A stretch of DNA of 53,499 nucleotides from an uncultured Lachnospiraceae bacterium. Lineage in GTDB: Bacteria > Bacillota > Clostridia > Oscillospirales > CAG-272. Both the position numbers and the translations under genes were made by a program. A model generated the notes under the pieces. The model had not been told where the DNA came from. It saw only the letters and a list, made by a program, of their open reading frames with translations, and made no database searches. Position 1 is the stretch's first letter; every line of letters starts with the position of its first letter. The stretch spans positions 1 to 53,499 of the forward strand of contig CAZHPZ010000003.1 in assembly GCA_964534905.1 (NCBI GenBank), given 5' to 3'. Of the stretch, positions 13,827 to 20,925 are shown in pieces.

Positions 13827-16544
13827 TTAATTTACGTATACTCTTACGGAGCATGCGCCGACAGTCACTGTGCCGCTCTCTGTTGCAAGAGTTGCAGAGC
13901 CTGCTCTCGTTCCGTCCGCAACAAGCTTCCATTCGCCCTTGAGCGTATAGGAATCGCTGCCTGTTGTGGGGTTGATGAGAACGATTGCCTTGCCGCCCTT
14001 ATGGTCGTCATAGGAAACCGCCATTCCGCCACCGGAAAGGTTTGTGAATGTGATTGCAGTGTTGCTTGTTGTGAATATTGAGAATGCCTTTCTCATCTGC
14101 GCAAGTCCTGCGTAGTATTTCATCATCTCATATTCATTTGAGCCCTCTGCGAGTGCATCCCATCTGATGTTATTTGTAGCATCGCAGGATTTATAGCTGT
14201 TTTCGTCATATTTGGGATTGCCGTTCTCGTCGTATACGGGGTTACCGTTAGAGTCGTACTTAGGCTTTGAACGGAGCATTTCCTCGCCCGCCTGTACAAA
14301 CGGTGTTCCCTTCGAAATGAAGAGGATTGCCGCACCAAGACGGTTCATAGCAAGTCTTTCCTCAACAGTTGCATCGGGTCTCGACATAGAAAGCTTATCC
14401 CAAAGGGTGTTGTTATCGTGCGCGCTCATATAGTTAATTACCATGCTGTTCTTAACTGTCCAAGATGCGCCCGTTCCCGTACCGCCTCTGATTCCGAACT
14501 TGACCTGATCAGCCATACCCTTATAGTTACCGCTGATATAGCCTGTGGATGCGCTTGAGAACACGCTTCCCTTAAGTCCGTCACGAATTGCGTCGTTGAA
14601 TACCGCTACGCTGCCGATAGCTCCGCTTGTAGCTTCAATCTTGCTGATGTTCGACTGGTTCGCCTGAGCTGTGCCGTCGATTGTGGAGCCCATTGTCCAG
14701 CCCTCACCGTAAATAATTGCCTTAGGATCGATAGCGTGTACTGCTGCCTCAACCTCCTTGATAGTTTCAAGGTCATGAAGTCCCATAAGGTCAAAGCGGA
14801 ATCCGTCAAGGTCGTATTCCTCAAGCCAATACGTTACGCTCTCTACCATAAACTTACCGAACATATAACGCTCGGAAGCAGTATCGTTACCGCATCCCGA
14901 TGCGCTGGAGTTTGCACCGGTGTCGGTATATCTGTAATAGTAATAAGGAACGATTCTGTTGAATGAGCTGTTCTTATCATAGGTATGGTTATAAACAACG
15001 TCCATAATTACGCCGATTCCCGCATTATGGAGTGCCTGTACCATCTGCTTGAACTCTGTGATTCTTACCTCACCGTTATAGGGATCGGTGCTGTAGCTTC
15101 CCTCGGGAACATTATAGTTCTTAGGGTCATATCCCCAGTTGAACTGCTCGTCGGGCTTTGTTTCGTCTACTGTCGCAAAGTCGTAAACGGGGTTGAGGTG
15201 AACGTGTGTAACGCCAAGCTCAACAAGGTAATCGATACCTACGGAAATTCCGTTTTCGTTTACAAGTCCGTTTTCGGTGAACGCAAGATACTTGCCCTTA
15301 TACTGTGAGCTTTCGATAAGATTACTGAAGTCACGAACGTGTACTTCCCAAATGAAAGCATCGGAATAAGAATTGATATCGGATGTAAATGTTGTATCCC
15401 AATCTGCGGGATCTGTCTTATCAAGGTCAACAACCATCGTTCTGTCGCCGTTTACACCCGCTGCCTTACCGTAGGGGTCGGTTGCAATCTGTGTTCCGAC
15501 GCTTGTGGTTACGGTGTAGGTATAGTACGTGCCGTGACCTACGCCCTCGGCGGTATATTCCCAAACGCCCTTTTCACCGCGTGTCATTTCAACATTATCG
15601 TATGCGTCAACGCCGTTACCCTTTGTGTAAAGGTTAAGAACTACCTTTGACGCCGTGGGTGCCCATACCTTAAAGGTTGTAGCTGTTCCGTGAATATAGG
15701 AACCGAGATCGTCTCCGTCGTAATGATAGAGTGCAGCAAATTCCTTGCTGTCGAAAATATCGGTAGGAACTATTGCCTTTCTGCCGAATCCCTCTATCTC
15801 AAGCTCATATGTCTTGCTGAGGTCGAGTGTCTCCTCAACCTTGATCTTACCTGTTGTCGTTTCCTTACCCATAGAGCTTACCTCAAGAACAGTAAGAAGC
15901 TCGTCGCCGTCCCAAACCTTGATCTGTTTGTAGGATGTAAGCTTCATCTTGGGTGTAATGCTGTATTCGATAGTATGGAAATCAACCATAGCAGCAAGTC
16001 TGAAATCTTTAATCATTTCCAAAGTTTTACCACCGTCTTTACTTGTGTATTGCGCTTCTTCACCTGATTTAAGCCAGATGTAAGTGTCGGTTCCGGTCAG
16101 AATTGCTTCACGGTCTCCGTCAAAGTCCTTGGTTGCTGTGCCCCAAGATGAGCCGCCGGGCTCGTCGCAATTCGTACGAACGATAAATCCGACCTTATCT
16201 ATTCCTTCGGGAACGTTTACGGTAGCCTTAGCACCGTATTCGCACTCGTGCATAAGATAGCCCGAGCCTTCCTTGCCGTCCCACCATACCCACAGGTCGC
16301 AATCCTCGATTACGCCCGGATATGACCAATAGAATGTGATCTGATTATAGCCTTCTTCTCTTTCAAGCTTCCACTCGTCCTCCGGAGGAGTCCATGTGGT
16401 GCCATCTCCGTTCGTTGTTGTATCGGAGGGAGTTGTTGTCGTCGTGCCATCTGGGAAAAGCCACTGGCACGATGTTCCGAACATACCGAACATCATAGCT
16501 ACAAGCAAGAAAAGGGATAAATGCTTGATCAATGTTTTTTTCAT
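13827..16544 (-). CDS. pulA: Type I pullulanase (GH13 with CBM48-type N-terminal modules), lipoprotein
   Basis: Lipobox ...FGTSC. GH13 regions DVVYNHT, GFRFDLMGL, YGEGW and YMSAHDN are present. TTFKVWAPTASKVVLNLY is a pullulanase-type CBM48 segment. Confidence 0.93.
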   Translation of the reverse strand: MKKTLIKHLSLFLLVAMMFGMFGTSCQWLFPDGTTTTTPSDTTTNGDGTTWTPPEDEWKLEREEGYNQITFYWSYPGVIEDCDLWVWWDGKEGSGYLMHECEYGAKATVNVPEGIDKVGFIVRTNCDEPGGSSWGTATKDFDGDREAILTGTDTYIWLKSGEEAQYTSKDGGKTLEMIKDFRLAAMVDFHTIEYSITPKMKLTSYKQIKVWDGDELLTVLEVSSMGKETTTGKIKVEETLDLSKTYELEIEGFGRKAIVPTDIFDSKEFAALYHYDGDDLGSYIHGTATTFKVWAPTASKVVLNLYTKGNGVDAYDNVEMTRGEKGVWEYTAEGVGHGTYYTYTVTTSVGTQIATDPYGKAAGVNGDRTMVVDLDKTDPADWDTTFTSDINSYSDAFIWEVHVRDFSNLIESSQYKGKYLAFTENGLVNENGISVGIDYLVELGVTHVHLNPVYDFATVDETKPDEQFNWGYDPKNYNVPEGSYSTDPYNGEVRITEFKQMVQALHNAGIGVIMDVVYNHTYDKNSSFNRIVPYYYYRYTDTGANSSASGCGNDTASERYMFGKFMVESVTYWLEEYDLDGFRFDLMGLHDLETIKEVEAAVHAIDPKAIIYGEGWTMGSTIDGTAQANQSNISKIEATSGAIGSVAVFNDAIRDGLKGSVFSSASTGYISGNYKGMADQVKFGIRGGTGTGASWTVKNSMVINYMSAHDNNTLWDKLSMSRPDATVEERLAMNRLGAAILFISKGTPFVQAGEEMLRSKPKYDSNGNPVYDENGNPKYDENSYKSCDATNNIRWDALAEGSNEYEMMKYYAGLAQMRKAFSIFTTSNTAITFTNLSGGGMAVSYDDHKGGKAIVLINPTTGSDSYTLKGEWKLVADGTRAGSATLATESGTVTVGACSVRVYVN

Positions 16545-16592
16545 AACAAATTCCTTTCTTACATTTATATTATTTTGTTATTGAACGATAAT

Positions 16593-18095
16593 TTATGCGT
16601 TTGCGCGTCCTGTTCTTACGGTAAGGTCAAGTATCTTTGATTTTACCTCATCACTTGCGTAATCGGGGCGTACACGCCACGTCCAGTTGCCCTCGGCAAC
16701 CGCGGGAGTGTTTATTCTTCCCTCACTGTTGGGAAGCTCAAGATAATCCTGAAGCGGAACCATCGCAAGGTCTGCTATGCTGTTCATAGCAAATTCGATA
16801 AGAGCCTCAACCGGACTCTGACCGTCGCGAATCGGGCATTCTGCTTCAAATCTTGCAATCGCTTCCTTATTTTCCTTGAGATTTTCGTACCATGTATATG
16901 TACAATCGCTGTCGTGAGAAGCGGAATAAACAATGCAATTCGAATTCGGATAATTTCTCGGGAGATACTCGCTCTCGTCGTCATAGAATGCGAAATGAAG
17001 CATTTTCATTCCCGGGAAGCCTGTATTCTTGAGAAGCTCCACAACGTCGGGAGTGATAAATCCGAGATCCTCGGCTATAATCTTGGAATCCGGCAATGCT
17101 CTGTCTATTGCCTCGAAAAGATCAAGCCCGGGACCTATCTCCCATGTACCGAAGCGTGCGGTATCGTGATGTGCAGGAATAGCATAATAGCTTGCAAATC
17201 CTCGGAAGTGGTCGATTCTGATGATATCGTAAAGATCAAAATTAGCTCTTGCTCTGTTTACCCACCAAGAGAAGCCCTGCTCCTTCATAAGCGCATAATT
17301 GTAAATGGGATTGCCCCAAAGCTGACCGTCAACGGAAAATCCGTCGGGAGGGCAGCCCGCAACTATCGTCGGATTGTAATTTTGGTCAAGCAAAAACTGC
17401 TCGGGTGCGCTCCAAACATCCACGCTGTCGTGTGCAACATAAATGGGCATATCTCCGATTACAGTAATATTTTTGGAGTGAGCGTATTCAAGCACGCTTC
17501 TCCATTCCTTCATAAATTCAAACTGAATCCATTTCCAAAAGCTCATCTCGGATTCGAATTCATCTCTGTGAGCACGTGCGGTCACGATATTCTTATGCTC
17601 GTCCGCCCAAAGCGTCCACTGACAGTAATTATAATGCACCTTAAGAGCCATAAAGAGTGCATAATCGTCAAGCCACGATGATGTTCTCTCGCAGAATTCG
17701 TTGTATGCGGCGTGCGGCTTAAAGCGTGAAAATGCTTTTCTGAGCATAACATATCTTGTGTTAAAGAGCCAGCCGTAATCCGCTCTTCCCTGCTCATGCT
17801 CAAACTCCGCAAGCTCGTCGGAGGTAAGCAAGCCCTGCTCGCAAAGAAGCTCGGGGGCAATGAAATAAGGATTTCCCGCACAAGCCGCAGGCGACTGATA
17901 GGGGCTGTCTCCGTACGATGTGGGGTTAAGCGGCAACACCTGCCAGCAGGTCTGCTTTGTATCACTCAAAAAATCCACAAAATCAAAAGCACATTTACCG
18001 AAATCTCCGATACCGTATTTTGACGGCAAGGAGCTTACCGGCATAAGTATTCCGCTTTTATGTTTAAATCCGAAGTTATTTTTCGTATTATTCAA
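16593..18095 (-). CDS. malQ: 4-alpha-glucanotransferase (amylomaltase, GH77)
   Basis: SGILMPVSSLPSKYGIGDFG, GDSPYQSPAACAGNPYFI, IRIDHFRGF and IIAEDLGFIT are GH77 hallmarks. The ORF-track start (TTG at 18131) lies 3 nt from the -10 box, so it is upstream of the likely TSS. TTG at 18095 follows GAAAGGA by 8 nt. The start is uncertain by a few codons. Confidence 0.9.
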   Translation of the reverse strand: MNNTKNNFGFKHKSGILMPVSSLPSKYGIGDFGKCAFDFVDFLSDTKQTCWQVLPLNPTSYGDSPYQSPAACAGNPYFIAPELLCEQGLLTSDELAEFEHEQGRADYGWLFNTRYVMLRKAFSRFKPHAAYNEFCERTSSWLDDYALFMALKVHYNYCQWTLWADEHKNIVTARAHRDEFESEMSFWKWIQFEFMKEWRSVLEYAHSKNITVIGDMPIYVAHDSVDVWSAPEQFLLDQNYNPTIVAGCPPDGFSVDGQLWGNPIYNYALMKEQGFSWWVNRARANFDLYDIIRIDHFRGFASYYAIPAHHDTARFGTWEIGPGLDLFEAIDRALPDSKIIAEDLGFITPDVVELLKNTGFPGMKMLHFAFYDDESEYLPRNYPNSNCIVYSASHDSDCTYTWYENLKENKEAIARFEAECPIRDGQSPVEALIEFAMNSIADLAMVPLQDYLELPNSEGRINTPAVAEGNWTWRVRPDYASDEVKSKILDLTVRTGRANA

Positions 18096-18133
18096 AACGA
18101 TTGTCCTTTCAAAAAGAAATATTTCCGTCAATT

Positions 18134-18162
18134 ATTATAACATTTAGACTAATAATTGTCAA
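18134..18162 (-). promoter_or_regulatory. Consensus sigma-A promoter of malQ-pulA
   Basis: Minus strand reads TTGACA (18162-18157), a 17-nt spacer, then TATAAT (18139-18134). Confidence 0.7.
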
Positions 18163-18197
18163 TCGTCAATATCGGTTTTTATCGTGAAATAATATAC

Positions 18198-18226
18198 AAA
18201 AAGCACCGTTTTTTTTCGGTGCTTTT
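18198..18226 (-). terminator. Intrinsic terminator of the XRE-membrane regulator gene
   Basis: AAAAGCACCG / CGGTGCTTTT stem with a T-rich loop. A/T runs on both sides make it usable in both directions. Confidence 0.8.
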
Positions 18227-18232
18227 AACGAA

Positions 18233-19216
18233 TTATCCGTTTGACTGTTTGTTTTTTCTGTGCTTTGCTATTATATTATCGAATGCCTCGGCAATGGGAT
18301 AATACGCCGCAACCGTTATAAAAATAATCCATGTAGGATGCCAAATTCCGTGATAAAGTCCGATATAAAGATATATAAATGCAGTCAATATCGGATATGA
18401 AAACTTACAAAAGCTTTTATGCTGTATGGCATCAACCAAGGAATACCAGATGGGTATTGTCAAAAAGATTATCCACGAATATGCCCATCCGCCGCACACA
18501 CCGTAGCATCCGAATATCAGGTAAGCGATGATGCAAAGTATTGTATATGGCGTGTTAAGCACAATCGTCAGAGCAATGCCCTTGTCATTTTCTTCATCAT
18601 TCTCATCATCTTCATCGTCATAGTCATCGTCATCGAAATTCTTTCCGTGCTTGTTTTTGCTTTTTTGCCTTATTTTGATCCCGTCAAAGCCAAGCCTTAC
18701 CGTATCTCCATCCTCGGACTCAACGGTAATTCCCTTGTTGTGTATAATAGCGTCCTTTATTGCGTTTTTAAGTGCTTTATTCACATCATCATCCGAATCG
18801 ATATCGTCGCTCAAATTTGCGCTATTCTCAGCGGAATCGGAGGAACCTTGCTTTATTTTAACTCCGTCGTCTCCGACATTTATCGTAACTCGGTTACCGT
18901 TCTTATCGTTCACGGTTATAAACGCAGCACCGTTTTTGTCTGTCTCAGAAGAGTCAGCTCCGTCAGCTGTACTCTCATCATTTTCATTATCCGATTCATT
19001 ATCAGTCGATTCTTCTGTTCCGTATATAAGCTGATCAAGAGTAAGACCGTATATTTTCGCCAAAGCTATAAGGTTATCCGTATCGGGAGACGCCTCGCTT
19101 CTTTCCCATTTTGATACCGCCTGGCGTGAAACACCGAGCTTCTCCGCAAGCTCCTCCTGAGAAAGTCCCTGTTTCTTTCTTAATTTCAACAATCTGTTTG
19201 CCGTTTCAATAGTCAT
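18233..19216 (-). CDS. XRE-family HTH protein with acidic linker and C-terminal multi-pass membrane domain
   Basis: N-terminus LRKKQGLSQEELAEKLGVSRQAVSKWERSEASPDTDNL is an HTH_3 motif. D/E/N/S-rich region includes DDDDYDDEDDENDEEND. Two related segments are ITVNDKNGNRVTINVGDDGVKIKQ and ITVESEDGDTVRLGFDGIKIRQ. The last ~115 aa are hydrophobic TM helices. Confidence 0.85.
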   Translation of the reverse strand: MTIETANRLLKLRKKQGLSQEELAEKLGVSRQAVSKWERSEASPDTDNLIALAKIYGLTLDQLIYGTEESTDNESDNENDESTADGADSSETDKNGAAFITVNDKNGNRVTINVGDDGVKIKQGSSDSAENSANLSDDIDSDDDVNKALKNAIKDAIIHNKGITVESEDGDTVRLGFDGIKIRQKSKNKHGKNFDDDDYDDEDDENDEENDKGIALTIVLNTPYTILCIIAYLIFGCYGVCGGWAYSWIIFLTIPIWYSLVDAIQHKSFCKFSYPILTAFIYLYIGLYHGIWHPTWIIFITVAAYYPIAEAFDNIIAKHRKNKQSNG

Positions 19217-19322
19217 TTACAAGCAATTCCTTTCATTGGTTATATTAGAATTATATCAAAAATAACCCGTATTTACCATACATTTTAGCGTTCAAATAAG
19301 GCAACTTTAGGTTGCAATCTAA

Positions 19323-19351
19323 ATTATACACTATTTTTACGTTGTTTTCAA
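19323..19351 (-). promoter_or_regulatory. Sigma-A promoter (extended -10) of the XRE-membrane regulator gene
   Basis: Minus strand reads TTGAAA (19351-19346), a 17-nt spacer ending in TG, then TATAAT (19328-19323). Confidence 0.6.
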
Positions 19352-19372
19352 GTTGATTTTCTGATTATATAT

Positions 19373-19396
19373 AAAAAACGCAGGCAATGCCTGCGT
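19373..19396 (-). terminator. Intrinsic terminator of the antiporter gene
   Basis: ACGCAGGCA / TGCCTGCGT stem followed on the minus strand by TTTTTT. Confidence 0.8.
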
Positions 19397-19410
19397 TATT
19401 ATATTTTTAT

Positions 19411-20745
19411 TTAAGCAGCCTCGCCGTTTTTGCGTCTGCGAGTATGTCCCTCGGGCTTGGGCGTAATATCTCCCGCCTTTGTAAGAGCCCATTTTGTAAG
19501 AACGGGGCCTACTATCTCATAAACAAGAACGCTGAAAAGAACAACAAATCTCACTACGCTTGCTATATCCGTGCCTCCGAGCGTTGTATCGCCGGAAACC
19601 GTGCTAACCATTCCGAGTGCAACTCCCGCCTGAGGCAAAAGAGTTATACCGAGATACTTTACCGTACTGTGCTCGCACCCCATAGCCGCAGACGACCATC
19701 TCGCTCCGAAATATTTGCCTGCGGAACGGAAGATAATATATACCACTCCTATGAGCACGCACCATGGATTGAGGAAAACTCCGAGGTCAAGCTCGGCACC
19801 GCTTACAACAAAGAACAAAATAAGCAAGGGCTTTGTCCATCCGTCCGCTCTTTGCATCATCTCGTCGGAGCATTCGCACACATTGCAGAAGACTGTTCCG
19901 CACATCATACAGGTAAGAAGCGAAGAAAATCCGATATGAACTTCTCCGATATGTATATTCTTCAGAGCGGTAATAGCTACTGTAATAAATACGAACGAAA
20001 TAACAAGAGAAAGTCTGTTACTGTTGGAATGGAACAATCTTTCAAGCTGCGAAAGCAAAAATCCGAGAAGAGCGCCTATCACAAGAGAAGCCACAATTTC
20101 GATAAGAGGCTCCACAACGATTGAAACAACATCAAGATTACCTCCGCCTATCGCCTTTGCAACACCCATAAGAACCGCGAAAATCATAAGTCCGACGGCG
20201 TCATCAAGCGCAACAATGGGAAGAAGCATATCCGTAAGAGGTCCCTTAGCCTTATACTGGCGGACGACCATGAGCGTTGCGGCGGGAGCCGTCGCAGATG
20301 CTATCGCACCGAGAATAAGAGCCGCAGGCAGAGGAAGAATATCCTCGCCCGTAATACCTAAAAGCACGTAATGAAGTCCTACAAGGCTTACGCATACTAT
20401 GAGCGAAGCAACTATTGCCTGAACACATCCTACAACGGCTACTTTTTTTCCCGTATGCTTAAGCTCCTCCATTTTAAATTCACTTCCTATCGAAAAAGCG
20501 ATAAATCCGAGTGCAACGTCGGAAAGTATTCCTATTGCCTCAACGTCGGAGAAATCCTTTGACGCAAATCCGAGGTGATATCCTCCCGGAAGCGTTATAT
20601 TTCCGAGGCAAAAGCAGCCTACAATTACGCCGGCTATAAGATATCCCGTAACCGCAGGAAGCTTCAGAAGCTTACAAATTCTCGACATCAAAAGTCCTGC
20701 CATTACACAAACAGATATAGATAACAATATTTGTGTGGTGTCCAT
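19411..20745 (-). CDS. Monovalent cation:proton antiporter (CPA2 / Na_H_exchanger family)
   Basis: 444-aa polytopic membrane protein. The N-terminus ...LKLPAVTGYLIAGVIVG is typical of Kef/NapA-type exchangers. ATG is preceded by AAGAAGG. Confidence 0.85.
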   Translation of the reverse strand: MDTTQILLSISVCVMAGLLMSRICKLLKLPAVTGYLIAGVIVGCFCLGNITLPGGYHLGFASKDFSDVEAIGILSDVALGFIAFSIGSEFKMEELKHTGKKVAVVGCVQAIVASLIVCVSLVGLHYVLLGITGEDILPLPAALILGAIASATAPAATLMVVRQYKAKGPLTDMLLPIVALDDAVGLMIFAVLMGVAKAIGGGNLDVVSIVVEPLIEIVASLVIGALLGFLLSQLERLFHSNSNRLSLVISFVFITVAITALKNIHIGEVHIGFSSLLTCMMCGTVFCNVCECSDEMMQRADGWTKPLLILFFVVSGAELDLGVFLNPWCVLIGVVYIIFRSAGKYFGARWSSAAMGCEHSTVKYLGITLLPQAGVALGMVSTVSGDTTLGGTDIASVVRFVVLFSVLVYEIVGPVLTKWALTKAGDITPKPEGHTRRRKNGEAA

Positions 20746-20830
20746 AAATAAACCTTCTTTTTATCATAAATTTATCCTCCGATGACTCGGAGGACATTAA
20801 AAATCACAAAGTATTTTTCAAACCTGAAAT

Positions 20831-20859
20831 ATTATAGTACCAAAGTGCTTTTTTGTCAA
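20831..20859 (-). promoter_or_regulatory. Consensus sigma-A promoter of the antiporter gene
   Basis: Minus strand reads TTGACA (20859-20854), a 17-nt spacer, then TATAAT (20836-20831). The leader is about 80 nt. Confidence 0.65.
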
Positions 20860-20892
20860 GAGAAAAGCCCAAATAATTAAAAAAATATTTTT

Positions 20893-20919
20893 AACGGCAA
20901 GCCGAAACGACTTGCCGTT
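20893..20919 (-). terminator. Stem-loop after the clpC-like gene (possible terminator)
   Basis: AACGGCAAG / CTTGCCGTT stem with a 9-nt loop. The minus-strand tail is AAAAATATTTTTTT, which is not an ideal U-tract. Confidence 0.45.
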
Positions 20920-20925
20920 ATTTTA

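Noticed and set aside
16914-17681. A 255-aa plus-strand ORF antisense to malQ, and similar antisense ORFs at 19387..20124, 27363..28007, 28159..28773, 34421..35371 and 43196..43900
   Set aside because: Each lies wholly inside a strongly supported minus-strand gene. Each has a low-complexity or basic composition, no RBS and no recognisable motifs.
18096-18131. The ORF-track start of malQ (TTG at 18131)
   Set aside because: It lies 3 nt downstream of the TATAAT box (18134-18139), which puts it upstream of the expected transcription start. An in-frame TTG at 18095 with a GAAAGGA RBS fits better.
18590-18660. The GAT/GAA-rich imperfect triplet run in the XRE-membrane gene as a possible contingency (slippage) locus
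   Set aside because: The run is imperfect and in frame, encoding DDDDYDDEDDENDEEND. It contains no long perfect microsatellite, so it is most simply an acidic low-complexity linker.
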